A DNA stretch of 64,000 nucleotides from contig JAMCZC010000002.1 of NCBI GenBank assembly GCA_023485865.1, positions 1,000 through 64,999 of the forward strand, in the 5' to 3' direction. Both the position numbers and the translations under genes were made by a program. The DNA is from Patescibacteria group bacterium. Its GTDB lineage: Bacteria; Patescibacteriota; Microgenomatia; Levybacterales; UBA12049. Below the pieces are notes generated by a model. That model saw only the letters and a list, made by a program, of their open reading frames with translations. It made no database searches and was not told the origin of the DNA. Below are positions 48,139-58,184 of the stretch, one piece after another (position 1 is the stretch's first letter; each line of letters opens with the position of its first letter).

Positions 48139-48624
48139 ATGAAGACTTTAAGGATTAAGATTATACTTACTTGTTGGGAAAAAGAACTCGTATGGCGCGT
48201 GATTGAGATTCCTGAAAACAAAACGCTTCATCAGCTGCATCTTGCAATTCAGAAAGCATTTGGCTGGTACAACGATCATTTATATTCATTTTTCATGAGC
48301 AACAACAGGATGGATAGAAAGGGAGAATACACGAGTCCGGTTGACATTGAAGAAGCAGGAGAGGATGCGTTATCGGCAGCAGAAACAAAGTTAAAAGATT
48401 TGAACTTACAGTTAAAGAAAAAATTTCTCTACCTCTATGATTTTGGTGATAATTTAGATCATGAAGTAGAAGTGGTAGGCTTTGGTGAAACGGACGACTT
48501 CCATAAATATCCTCAACTCATAGGCGCATTCGGCGCAGCGCCTGAACAGTACGCAATCCGGCGAGCAGGTATGGAAGAGACAGAGAATGAGAAGTCCCCA
48601 AAATATACAGAAGAGAAAAATTAG
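48139..48624 (+). CDS. Plasmid pRiA4b ORF-3 family protein
   Basis: VWRVIEIP, TLHQLHLAIQKAFGW..DHLYSF, YLYDFGD. Confidence 0.9.
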   Translation: MKTLRIKIILTCWEKELVWRVIEIPENKTLHQLHLAIQKAFGWYNDHLYSFFMSNNRMDRKGEYTSPVDIEEAGEDALSAAETKLKDLNLQLKKKFLYLYDFGDNLDHEVEVVGFGETDDFHKYPQLIGAFGAAPEQYAIRRAGMEETENEKSPKYTEEKN

Positions 48625-48690
48625 TTCTAAACTACAGCACTACATAGTACTATACTTTAGTGAGGTATATCAAAAATTCTCGGGTTAAAT

Positions 48691-48786
48691 CATAATGTTT
48701 ATTTTTTGATTAACCTTACAAAACAAATAAGAAATTCAATTTTGGAAGATAAATTTCAGAAAATGAAAAAAGAATGGCTGGTGTGA
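48691..48786 (+). pseudogene. Duplicated tgt 3' end (HNVYFLINLTKQIRNSILEDKFQKMKKEWLV*)
   Basis: Same 96-nt length as tgt 46987-47082; 23/31 aa identical. Confidence 0.9.
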
Positions 48787-48798
48787 TAATATAGGGAT

Positions 48799-49797
48799 AT
48801 GAAAAGAGTTTTAACAGGAGATACGCCAACCGGCAAACTTCATTTAGGCCATTATGTCGGGACACTCGAAAACAGAATAAAACTGCAAAACGAATATGAA
48901 ATGTTTATTCTTTTTGCAGACACACATGCCTTAACTACGCTAAGTTCCACTCCGAAAATGATTGCGGAATATACAAAAGAAGTTCTTTTGGACAATTTAT
49001 CTGTCGGTTTAGACCCTAAAAGTGTCACTTTTTTTGTTGAATCGGCAATTCCGGAAATATATGAACTAGCTGCAATTTTTAGCATGTACGTTTCCCATAA
49101 TAGGGCATTAAGAAATCCCACAATAAAAGATGAGATTAAATCAAAAGGACTTGGAGATCAATATAGTTTAGGCTTCATAAATTATCCGATTTTCCAGGCT
49201 GCGGATATTCTCTGCGTTAAAGGTCAAGTTGTCCCGGTCGGAAGAGATCAGGAAGCACATCTTGAGCAAACAAGAGAAATCGCAAGAGAATTGAATAAGC
49301 TTACTAATTCAGATATTTTCCCCGAGCCGCAGGCTTTAGCCGGAAGAGTAGGGAAGTTAATTGGAACCGACGGCAATCCTAAGATGGGAAAAAGCCTTAA
49401 TAACACAATTTATCTTTCCGATTCAAAGGATGAAGTTGAAAAAAGGGTTATGAACATGTATACCGACCCAAAAAGAATTCATCCGAGCGATCCGGGAACA
49501 GTGGAAGGGAACCCCGTTTTTATTTATCTCGATACCTTTGCGGCAGAAAAGGACAAAAGACAAATTGAAGAATACAAAAATAAATATAAAAAAGGAGAAG
49601 TAGGGGATGTAGAAGTTAAGAAGTTTTTAACAGGTATCTTGAACGAATTTCTGGAGCCGATAAGACAAAGGCGTGCAGAATATGAAAAAAAACCCGATCT
49701 TTTGCAATCAATTTTGGACAAAGGAAACGTAAGGGTCAGGGAAGATGCAGCAAGGACATTAAATGAATTAAAGCAAAAAATGGGATTGGACCTCTAA
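48799..49797 (+). CDS. trpS: Tryptophan--tRNA ligase
   Basis: TGDTPTGKLHLGH, QAADIL, VPVGRDQ, KMGKS. Confidence 0.95.
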   Translation: MKRVLTGDTPTGKLHLGHYVGTLENRIKLQNEYEMFILFADTHALTTLSSTPKMIAEYTKEVLLDNLSVGLDPKSVTFFVESAIPEIYELAAIFSMYVSHNRALRNPTIKDEIKSKGLGDQYSLGFINYPIFQAADILCVKGQVVPVGRDQEAHLEQTREIARELNKLTNSDIFPEPQALAGRVGKLIGTDGNPKMGKSLNNTIYLSDSKDEVEKRVMNMYTDPKRIHPSDPGTVEGNPVFIYLDTFAAEKDKRQIEEYKNKYKKGEVGDVEVKKFLTGILNEFLEPIRQRRAEYEKKPDLLQSILDKGNVRVREDAARTLNELKQKMGLDL

Positions 49798-49853
49798 TTC
49801 TTTCAAGAAATGGTGGTAATTGAGTTCAGGCTGTGGTATACTTTGCCGTACCT

Positions 49854-51710
49854 ATGGCAAACGGAAAAAGAACAAAAAACTTAAAACGCATCAAGTTAAA
49901 GATGAATCTTTCGTGGAAAAACCTGATTATTTATGCATTTCTGCTTCTTTTTGTGAGTTTTATTTTCTTAGGGCTTAACGAGCAAAACGGGTCTTTCCAG
50001 GAAACAAAAACCGTTCCTCTTTCTAAAGTTATCTCCGATGTAAAAGCAGGAAAAGTTACAAGCATCGAGGTTTTACCTAACAAGCTGACTGTTCACGAAA
50101 AGACGGGAGATTTGCAAAGCTTTAAAGAGCAAAGCTCAAACATTTATCAGCTTTTCAAGGATGCGGGAGTGCCTTTGGACAAAACAAACGTTGTTATAAA
50201 AGATGAAACTACTATTAATAACTGGATAAATATTATTTCTTCAATTCTTCCGGTTATTTTAATGGTGGCTTTTTTCTACTTTATTTTTAGGCAGGCTAGG
50301 GGAGCACAGGAAAGCGTTTTTTCTTTTGGCCAATCAAAAGCAAAAGTATTTAACAAAGACAACCCAAAAATTACTTTTGCAGATGTTGCGGGAGTTGATG
50401 AAGCTAAGCAAGAATTAATGGAAATTGTTGATTTTCTAAAAAATCCCGGCAAATACAAAGCAATGGGGGCTCGTACGCCAAAGGGCGTATTAATGATTGG
50501 TCCTTCGGGAACAGGAAAAACACTTTTAGCAAGGGCAACAGCTGGGGAAGCCGGCGTTCCGTTTTTTTCAATGGCAGGAAGTGAATTTATGGAAATGCTA
50601 GTTGGAGTTGGAGCTTCTAGAGTCAGAGATTTATTCTCAACTGCCAAAAAAGCCCAGCCCGCAATTATTTTTATAGATGAGATAGATGCAATTGGAAGGC
50701 AGAGAGGGTATGGGCTAATGGGCGGACACGACGAAAGAGAGCAGACTTTAAATCAAATTCTAGTTGAAATGGATGGGTTTTCCCCCACAGAGCAATTAGT
50801 AGTAATAGCGGCAACCAATAGGCCCGATGTTTTGGACCCTGCGCTTGTCAGGCCCGGAAGATTTGACAGACGTGTGGCTTTGGATATGCCGGATGTTAAC
50901 GGCAGGAAAGCAATTTTGGCAATCCACGCAAGAGGCAAGCCTTTTGTAAAAAATGTAATTTGGGAAAAAATTGCCAAGAGAACAGTCGGTTTTTCCGGAG
51001 CGGATTTGGAAAATATGTTAAACGAAGCTGCAATTTTAGCAGCGCGTCTTGGCAAAAAAGCAATTGATATGAGCGATTTGGAAGAGGCGGCTACTAAAGT
51101 AAAATTAGGGCCGGAAAAAAAGAGATTGCAGACGGAAGAAGATAGGAAAATGACGGCTTATCACGAGGCCGGTCACGCCTTAGTCTCATGGTTTATGCCG
51201 GGCATGGACCCAGTACATAGAATTTCAATTGTTTCAAGGGGAATGTCTTTGGGGCATACAATGATGGAGCCAATGGACAGAATTCATGAAACCAAAACCC
51301 ATCTTTTGGAACAAATTGCCGTAATGCTTGGCGGAAGAGCCGCGGAAAACCTCGTTTTCAAAGAAATGACAACCGGCGCATCCGATGATATTGCCAAAGC
51401 AACAGAGGTGGCAAGGACAATGGTGGTTGAATTCGGAATGAGCGAGTTAGGGCCCATTAACCTGGACGGAGAAAGACGCATGCCATACGAGCAATCTCAA
51501 GTTTCTCCGGAAATGGCTGCTAAAATTGACGGGCAAGTTAAAAAAATAACCGATGAGGCTTATGGGAAAGCTTCGGATATTCTTAAAAAATTAATGGACA
51601 AATTGGATGTTTTGGCCGAAGAGCTTTTGAAAAAAGAAACAATAGAATCCGAAGAGTTTGTCAGAATAATCGGTCCTAAGAAAGTTGTTTTGGCAAAAGT
51701 CAGAGCCTAG
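49854..51710 (+). CDS. ftsH: ATP-dependent zinc metalloprotease FtsH
   Basis: Two TM helices, [26 protein letters not shown]. Confidence 0.97.
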   Translation: MANGKRTKNLKRIKLKMNLSWKNLIIYAFLLLFVSFIFLGLNEQNGSFQETKTVPLSKVISDVKAGKVTSIEVLPNKLTVHEKTGDLQSFKEQSSNIYQLFKDAGVPLDKTNVVIKDETTINNWINIISSILPVILMVAFFYFIFRQARGAQESVFSFGQSKAKVFNKDNPKITFADVAGVDEAKQELMEIVDFLKNPGKYKAMGARTPKGVLMIGPSGTGKTLLARATAGEAGVPFFSMAGSEFMEMLVGVGASRVRDLFSTAKKAQPAIIFIDEIDAIGRQRGYGLMGGHDEREQTLNQILVEMDGFSPTEQLVVIAATNRPDVLDPALVRPGRFDRRVALDMPDVNGRKAILAIHARGKPFVKNVIWEKIAKRTVGFSGADLENMLNEAAILAARLGKKAIDMSDLEEAATKVKLGPEKKRLQTEEDRKMTAYHEAGHALVSWFMPGMDPVHRISIVSRGMSLGHTMMEPMDRIHETKTHLLEQIAVMLGGRAAENLVFKEMTTGASDDIAKATEVARTMVVEFGMSELGPINLDGERRMPYEQSQVSPEMAAKIDGQVKKITDEAYGKASDILKKLMDKLDVLAEELLKKETIESEEFVRIIGPKKVVLAKVRA

Positions 51711-51748
51711 TTGACAATTATCCTCCCCCGTGAGATTATCAAAAAGAT

Positions 51749-52408
51749 ATGGCAGCAGCTAAAAAGAATTCGTCTTCAAAAACTTCGGCAAAACCGCACT
51801 TTTCTAAAAAAGAAGCCATAAACTTTGGGTTTGAAATTGCCAAGAAAAACATAATATTTTTTATCGGACTTTTTGTTGTAGTTGTTGTTGTCTCTGCCTT
51901 GACATCACTTATTCAATTTGGAGCAACCTTAGAAAAACAGCCTCTTTTATATATTGTTTTGTATGTCGTAACATTTATTATCAATACAATTATCGGAATG
52001 GGGCTTATTAAGATATCTTTAGAATTTGTAGATAAGAAAAAACCCAAATTCAAAGACCTTTTTCACACGAAAAATCTGGTAAATTTTATTTTAGTTTCTT
52101 TAATAAGAGGAGTAATAACTCTAATTGGATTTATTTTACTGATTATCCCCGGAATAATTTTTTCTATAAGACTTCAATATGCTACCTATCTTGTTATTGA
52201 TAAAAATCTGTCGCCTGTTGATGCCGTTAAAAAAAGTTGGGATATGACAAGGGGAAATGTTTGGAACTTATTCTTTTTTGTAATCTTACTTGCTCTTGTA
52301 AATATTTTAGGAGCTCTTCTTCTTTTGGTGGGGCTTTTTGTAACAGTGCCTTTGATGATGATTGCTACAACCTTTGTCTACCGTAAGCTCCTCAATGTAA
52401 GTAAATAG
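51749..52408 (+). CDS. Integral membrane protein (DUF975-like)
   Basis: LLIIPGII, AVKKSWDMTRGN. Confidence 0.65.
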   Translation: MAAAKKNSSSKTSAKPHFSKKEAINFGFEIAKKNIIFFIGLFVVVVVVSALTSLIQFGATLEKQPLLYIVLYVVTFIINTIIGMGLIKISLEFVDKKKPKFKDLFHTKNLVNFILVSLIRGVITLIGFILLIIPGIIFSIRLQYATYLVIDKNLSPVDAVKKSWDMTRGNVWNLFFFVILLALVNILGALLLLVGLFVTVPLMMIATTFVYRKLLNVSK

Positions 52409-52447
52409 CGATTAGCGTATAGCGTTTAGTTCTTGTATAATCAACCC

Positions 52448-53374
52448 ATGCAGAAACTGGTTATAATTGACGGCAATGCGATTGTGCACCGTGCCTTCCA
52501 CGCTTTACCTTCGATGAATACTCAAGACGGCCAGTTAACAAACGCAGTATATGGGTTTTTTGCCATGCTGTTAAAGCTGTTAAATGACCTTAAGCCTCAA
52601 TATCTGATTGTTTGTTTTGACCGCCCCAAACCTACTTTTAGGAAGCAAATGTATGTCGGGTATCAGGCAAAAAGACCCAAGATGTCGGATGATTTAGCTC
52701 CGCAAATAGACCTTTTGCATAAAGTTTTGGAAAGAGCAAAAATTGAGCATTTTGAAATAGACGGATATGAGGCCGACGATATTATCGGAACAATTGCCAC
52801 CCAATCCGCTGCAAAAAACCTTCAGACAATTATTGTTTCGGGGGATAGGGATATGCTTCAGCTTGTAAATCATAAAGTTCTTGTTCTGGCGCCAATTTCG
52901 GGAATTACTAAAATGGCACTTTTTGACGACGAAAAAGTAAAAGAAAAATACGGTTTAAAAGCCTCTCAATTCATAGACTACAAAGCTTTGGTGGGTGATA
53001 GTTCGGATAATTACCCGGGAGTTTCGGGAATCGGGCCAAAAACAGCAGCAGAGCTTATTAATAAATATCAAACTTTTGAAAATCTCTACGCGCATATTTC
53101 GGAACTGCCTCAAAATTTAAGTTCAAAACTGGCTACGGATGCGGAACAGGCGGCTCTTGCCAAAAAACTGGCAACAATCGCCCTTGACGCGCCTATTAAA
53201 ATAAATTTGGAAAAAGCAAAGGTAGGAAAGATTGATAAACTTGGACTCTTGGAGGCTTTTAAAGAGCTTGGCTTCAAAACCTTAATAGGAAGAGTATTAA
53301 ATTCAGATTCGAGTAAAAATATGAATAAGCCTAAAGAGAAGAAGAGCAATGATGAACAGTTGGGGCTTTTGTAA
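52448..53374 (+). CDS. Stand-alone 5'-3' exonuclease (PolA N-terminal / flap endonuclease)
   Basis: IIDGNAIVHRAFHA, EADD, SGDRD, GDSSDNYPGVSGIGPKTA. Confidence 0.92.
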   Translation: MQKLVIIDGNAIVHRAFHALPSMNTQDGQLTNAVYGFFAMLLKLLNDLKPQYLIVCFDRPKPTFRKQMYVGYQAKRPKMSDDLAPQIDLLHKVLERAKIEHFEIDGYEADDIIGTIATQSAAKNLQTIIVSGDRDMLQLVNHKVLVLAPISGITKMALFDDEKVKEKYGLKASQFIDYKALVGDSSDNYPGVSGIGPKTAAELINKYQTFENLYAHISELPQNLSSKLATDAEQAALAKKLATIALDAPIKINLEKAKVGKIDKLGLLEAFKELGFKTLIGRVLNSDSSKNMNKPKEKKSNDEQLGLL

Positions 53375-53472
53375 ATTTCTAATTTCTAATTCTTAATTTC
53401 TAATGAAATCAAAATGCTTAAATTTAAAACATTAAAAATTGATTGAAAATTGAAAATTAATAATTGAAAATT
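53374..53472. repeat. Empty inverted heptamer hairpin (AATTTCT arm and GAAAATT arm)
   Basis: AATTTCT AATTTCT AATTCTT AATTTCT ... GAAAATT GAAAATT AATAATT GAAAATT, directly before an ATG. Confidence 0.78.
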
Positions 53473-53474
53473 AT

Positions 53475-54692
53475 ATGCGAGTTGCAATTGTTCACGATTA
53501 TATAAAAGAATATGGTGGGGCAGAGAGGGTTTTGGAAAAACTCCATGAAGTTTTTCCCGACGCGCCAATCTACACAACGGTTTACTTGCCTTCGTTTTTA
53601 GGGCCTCATAAAAAAAGGTTTGAGGGGATGAATATTAAAACGTCGTTCTTGCAATTTTTTCCGTTTAAATCAAAGCTAATCAGCCCTTTTAGACTTTTGG
53701 CACAAACGGCATTCAGAAGCTTTGATTTTTCCGCATATGATGTAATAATTGTTTCCCAAACCGGTTCGTATTTTCCAAACGCGGTTAAAAAAAGAGGAGC
53801 TAAGCTTATTTGTTATTGCCATACGCCGCCAAGGTATCTTTATGGGTTTGAAACGGCAAGAGACTGGAAAAAAAATAAGCTATTTATGGTTTTGAGCATG
53901 ATTTCGATTCACTTTTTAAGAATGACAGATTTTAAATCTTCGCAAAACGTAGATTATTTTATCGCGAACTCGGAAAACGTCAGAAAAAGAATCCAGAAGT
54001 TTTATCGCAAAGACGCTGTTGTAATCTATCCGCCGGTTTCGGTGGGTGACGGTAGAGGATCGAAAATAGATGGTAGAACTTCGAAGACGGAAGATAGAAG
54101 ATTGATCCATCCTCAATCCTCAACCCTCAAAAATCTATCTTCTGCCCTCCATGATCTATCGTCTAGGGAATACTATCTGGCCGGAGGAAGGCTGGCAAGG
54201 CCCAAACACGTTGATTTAATAGTGGAGACTTTTTCAAAACTAAATCTTCCCTTAAAAATATTCGGAAAGGAATTTGCAGGGCATGGAGAAGAATTGAAAT
54301 CAAAAATCATCCATTCGACAAGCTCAGGACAAAAATCAAAAATAGAATTTCTGGGAGAAATAACGGACGAAGAAAAATATGAGCTTATGAAAAGAGCAAA
54401 AGCATTTGTTTTTGCTTCGGAAGATGAGGATTTCGGCATAACTCCGGTTGAAGCGGAAAGCTTGGGGACGCCCGTTATAGCTTTTGCATCGGGAGGAACA
54501 TTGGAAACCGTAGTTGACGGGAAAACAGGGGTATTTTTTAATAAATTATCAGTTGAGTCACTTTCAAAAGCAATAGAAAAGTTTAATAAAGCCAAGTTCA
54601 ATATTGAAGTTATTAGAAATCAGGGTAAAAAGTTTTCGGAAAGCATTTTTAAATCTAAAATAAAGGAGTTTGTAGCTTCTAAAATAAAGTAA
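53475..54692 (+). CDS. Glycosyltransferase family 4
   Basis: AIVHD..GGAERV, YCHTPPRY, EDFGITPVEA. Confidence 0.92.
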   Translation: MRVAIVHDYIKEYGGAERVLEKLHEVFPDAPIYTTVYLPSFLGPHKKRFEGMNIKTSFLQFFPFKSKLISPFRLLAQTAFRSFDFSAYDVIIVSQTGSYFPNAVKKRGAKLICYCHTPPRYLYGFETARDWKKNKLFMVLSMISIHFLRMTDFKSSQNVDYFIANSENVRKRIQKFYRKDAVVIYPPVSVGDGRGSKIDGRTSKTEDRRLIHPQSSTLKNLSSALHDLSSREYYLAGGRLARPKHVDLIVETFSKLNLPLKIFGKEFAGHGEELKSKIIHSTSSGQKSKIEFLGEITDEEKYELMKRAKAFVFASEDEDFGITPVEAESLGTPVIAFASGGTLETVVDGKTGVFFNKLSVESLSKAIEKFNKAKFNIEVIRNQGKKFSESIFKSKIKEFVASKIK

Positions 54693-55211
54693 TTAGCGTC
54701 GTTTTACGGCAGGAACAACAATGTCTTTGCCAGTGGCGGGATAAAAGTAACCATCGCTTGCTTTTGCAACCATCTCCGGAGCTTTTCCGCCTGATTGTGC
54801 CCAATCCAAAGCTTTCCTGCCTGCATATTCCATTTTAGCAGCTTCCTCCGGAGTAAATAATTTAACATAGTCTCCTACCCAGATATTTCTAGATTCTGGT
54901 ACCGCTTCTAAAAAATCAGTTGACTTACCATCAATTGCAACTCTTACTTTTCTTCTGATCTCTTCATGAATACCCAGAAATCTCTCTGTGCCAGTACTGC
55001 CTGGCATTGAATTATTTTGATGAACAATTACCATGCTCGCATAATCGCCTGTATCTTTTCCAAATTGTCCTTGATTAGCAACGAGGCTTTCATCCAAAGG
55101 CTCTATTAATAATCCACTTCGACCCCTGACAACTAAAAGTTCTCTTTTTATTTCAGGGGGTAGTACTTCTACGCTTTCAGCAGATGGTTTATATTCACCT
55201 GATTCTGACAT
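54693..55211 (-). CDS. Hypothetical protein
   Basis: ORF (MSESG) antisense to its neighbours with own TATAAT. Confidence 0.6.
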   Translation of the reverse strand: MSESGEYKPSAESVEVLPPEIKRELLVVRGRSGLLIEPLDESLVANQGQFGKDTGDYASMVIVHQNNSMPGSTGTERFLGIHEEIRRKVRVAIDGKSTDFLEAVPESRNIWVGDYVKLFTPEEAAKMEYAGRKALDWAQSGGKAPEMVAKASDGYFYPATGKDIVVPAVKRR

Positions 55212-55338
55212 ATCTTGCTTATTATATGAGTTTTTTTCTAAAAATCAAGTTAATGATTTGGTATAATCAAAAATAAAATATATTTTCTATTTACTATGTG
55301 TATTTACTATTTAATATTTAATATTTTATATTTCAAAC

Positions 55339-56202
55339 ATGCCTGAACTTCCAGAAATAGAAACAGTCAAATTAGGGCTGAAAAAATATCTTGTCGGGCA
55401 CAAGATCGAAAATATTGAGGTCAGAATTCCTAAAATGTTTGCCGGATCTGCAAAGCAGATTATAGGAGTAAAAATAATCAATATTAAGAGGATAGGTAAG
55501 GGATTAATTATTGAATTTGAGAATGATTATCTTTTGGCGGTGCATTTTAAAATGACCGGCCAGCTGGTTTTTAGAGACGCTAAAAATAATCAACCCCTTT
55601 CTCCAAAAGTCGGCGGAGATATTCTTCCGTCCAAATATTCCCATATTATTTTTACTTTAGATAAAGGAGCAATGCTTTATTATAACGATCTTCGCCAGTT
55701 TGGCTGGGTAAAGGTTTTAAAAAAAGATGAGTTAATGCATATGCCCTTTTTTGGCGAAATGGGACCTGAACCAAAAGTAGGAAATGATTTGGCAGGTAAA
55801 GAATTAACATTTGATTATTTCAAGAGCGTTTTGTTAAAAAGTAATTTACCTATCAAGGTAATTTTAATGGACCAGAAAAAAATCGGCGGAATAGGCAATA
55901 TCTATGCCAACGACGCTTTATTTAAAGCAGGAATTGACCCGAGAAAAAAAGGAAAAACGCTTTCTGGGGAAGAATTAGATAAGCTGTATAAGGCAATATT
56001 TTTTGTTTTGGAAAAAAGTTTAGAATACGGGGGTTCTTCGGATGAGAATTTCGTCAACGCGCTTGGACAAGATGGGGCATATCAAAATCACACTTTAGTT
56101 TATGGTAAAAAAGGCGAGAAATGTCCTAATGGAAACGGAACAATTGAAAAAATCCAGCTTGGCGGCCGCGGAACTTTCTTTTGCCCCGCCTGCCAGCGCT
56201 AG
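55339..56202 (+). CDS. mutM: Formamidopyrimidine-DNA glycosylase
   Basis: MPELPE, GIGNIYA, GGRGTFFCPACQ. Confidence 0.96.
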   Translation: MPELPEIETVKLGLKKYLVGHKIENIEVRIPKMFAGSAKQIIGVKIINIKRIGKGLIIEFENDYLLAVHFKMTGQLVFRDAKNNQPLSPKVGGDILPSKYSHIIFTLDKGAMLYYNDLRQFGWVKVLKKDELMHMPFFGEMGPEPKVGNDLAGKELTFDYFKSVLLKSNLPIKVILMDQKKIGGIGNIYANDALFKAGIDPRKKGKTLSGEELDKLYKAIFFVLEKSLEYGGSSDENFVNALGQDGAYQNHTLVYGKKGEKCPNGNGTIEKIQLGGRGTFFCPACQR

Positions 56203-56339
56203 GCGCAGGCTTTGCGGGCAGGCCCAAATGCCAAAATAATGCATTTGATTTATTTGACAATTAATGATAGTATTTACATCTAGCACTATCCGAACAGGAA
56301 AATGCTAGTTTTTTATGGTTCGGCAAGCTCACCATTATT

Positions 56340-57041
56340 ATGGCGTATAAAGATAGAATCGTAATGTCCATAGGAGGATCCCTCATCGTTCCAAACGGAG
56401 GGATTGACACTAAGTTTCTTAAGGAACTTAATCAATTCGTTAGAAAAGAACTGGCAGAAAATAAAAATCGCCAGTTTTTTTTGATAATTGGGGGAGGAAA
56501 AATTTCCAGAAAATATAGAGACGCCGGAAGAGAGGTAATAGGCCACGAGTTAACAAGAGACGATTTGGATTGGCTGGGAATACACGCAACCAAGCTCAAC
56601 GCGCATCTTGTCCGCACTATCTTCAGGGACATTGCCCACCCCTACATCATTAAACACTACGAAATTATCAGAAAAGCCGAAGAACCGGTTGTTGTTGCCG
56701 CCGGCTGGAAGCCAGGATGGTCAACTGATTACCCAGCGGTTTTACTTTGTGAAGATTATAATGTAAAAGAAATGCTCAATTTAAGTAATGTTGCCCAAGT
56801 TTATGACAAGGACCCAAAACAAAACAAAGACGCAAAGCCGATAAAGAAAATTTCCTGGCCGGATTTTAGAGAATTGGTTGGGGATGAATGGATTCCCGGA
56901 ATGAACGCTCCTTTTGATCCGGTTGCGTCTAAAAAAGCTCAAGAACTTGGTGTTAAAGTGGTAGTTATATCAGGCCACGATTTTGCTAATTTAGAAAAAT
57001 ATTTTAAAGGCGAAGATTTTGTTGGCACTGTGATAGAATAA
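56340..57041 (+). CDS. pyrH: UMP kinase (archaeal-type)
   Basis: SIGGS, GGGKISRKY, PGWSTD, VYDKDP, PFDPVA. Confidence 0.88.
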   Translation: MAYKDRIVMSIGGSLIVPNGGIDTKFLKELNQFVRKELAENKNRQFFLIIGGGKISRKYRDAGREVIGHELTRDDLDWLGIHATKLNAHLVRTIFRDIAHPYIIKHYEIIRKAEEPVVVAAGWKPGWSTDYPAVLLCEDYNVKEMLNLSNVAQVYDKDPKQNKDAKPIKKISWPDFRELVGDEWIPGMNAPFDPVASKKAQELGVKVVVISGHDFANLEKYFKGEDFVGTVIE

Positions 57042-57045
57042 CCTC

Positions 57046-58155
57046 GTGTTAAAAAGTATTTCTCTTCAAAACTTCAGAAGCTATAAGAAGGCAGAATTTA
57101 ATTTCTCAGGCGGCACGACTATTGTTATTGGTCCTAACACCTCGGGTAAAACCAATTTTATTGAGGCTATTTTTCTTCTCTCAACCGGTAAAAGTTTTCG
57201 GACGGATAAAGATACTCAAATGATCTCTTTTAGGGAAGATTTGGCAAGGGTTAAGGCTAGGGTCGGTGATCCTTCGGCAAACTCAGGACAAGTTACGGAA
57301 CTTGAGGTAATAATCACAAACGGGCAAATAGGCGGGAAAACGTCTCAATATAAAAAGTTTCTGGTAAACGGAGTTAGTAAAAGAAGGGTTGATTTTGCCG
57401 AAAATTTAACTGCTGTTTTGTTTTCGCCGGAAGACTTAGAAATTATTGTTGATTCCCCCTCGCTTCGCAGGAAATTCCTGGACAGCGTTTTAGAGCAAGT
57501 TGATAGGGAATATCGGCTAGCTGTTAGTGCATATACAAAGGCCCTGCGGCAAAGAAATGCGCTTTTGGAAAATGCCAGGGAAACGGGGGTTAGGAACGAA
57601 AAACAGTTTGAGTACTGGGATAATTTGGTAATTGAAAACGGGGAGTTGATTACTAAGAAAAGAGAAGAATTTATTAATTTTGTGAATAACGAGGCCAAGG
57701 ATATTTTTGATTTTGTGGCATTTTACGATAAAAGCGTAATTTCAAAACAAAGGCTTCTGCAGTATAAAGAAGCGGAAGTGGCCTCAGGGGTAACCTTAGT
57801 AGGCCCTCATAGAGACGATTTTTCTGTTTCAATGTTCAATCCTTCGACCAGCTCAGGACAAGCAACGACGCATGATATCAAATTTTACGGCTCCCGCGGT
57901 CAGCAAAGATTGACAATTCTGCAGCTTAAAATGCTCGAACTTTTGTTTGTTGAAAAAAAATTAGGGCAAAGGCCGGTTTTAATACTTGATGACATTTTTT
58001 CGGAATTAGACGAAGGACACATAAAGCTTATTTTAGAAATGATTAATCTTCAGCAGACGATTATTACAACAACTCACAAGGAATTTATTCCGGCCAATGT
58101 TCTAAATAAGATGCAAGTCCTGCATTTTTCTAAAGAGCAACAAAAAACAGGATAA
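57046..58155 (+). CDS. recF: DNA replication/repair protein RecF
   Basis: NFRSY, GPNTSGKTN, GPHRDD, SRGQQR, LDDIFSELD. Confidence 0.95.
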   Translation: MLKSISLQNFRSYKKAEFNFSGGTTIVIGPNTSGKTNFIEAIFLLSTGKSFRTDKDTQMISFREDLARVKARVGDPSANSGQVTELEVIITNGQIGGKTSQYKKFLVNGVSKRRVDFAENLTAVLFSPEDLEIIVDSPSLRRKFLDSVLEQVDREYRLAVSAYTKALRQRNALLENARETGVRNEKQFEYWDNLVIENGELITKKREEFINFVNNEAKDIFDFVAFYDKSVISKQRLLQYKEAEVASGVTLVGPHRDDFSVSMFNPSTSSGQATTHDIKFYGSRGQQRLTILQLKMLELLFVEKKLGQRPVLILDDIFSELDEGHIKLILEMINLQQTIITTTHKEFIPANVLNKMQVLHFSKEQQKTG

Positions 58156-58184
58156 ATGATAAAATTAGCTAAGGAGGAAAAATA

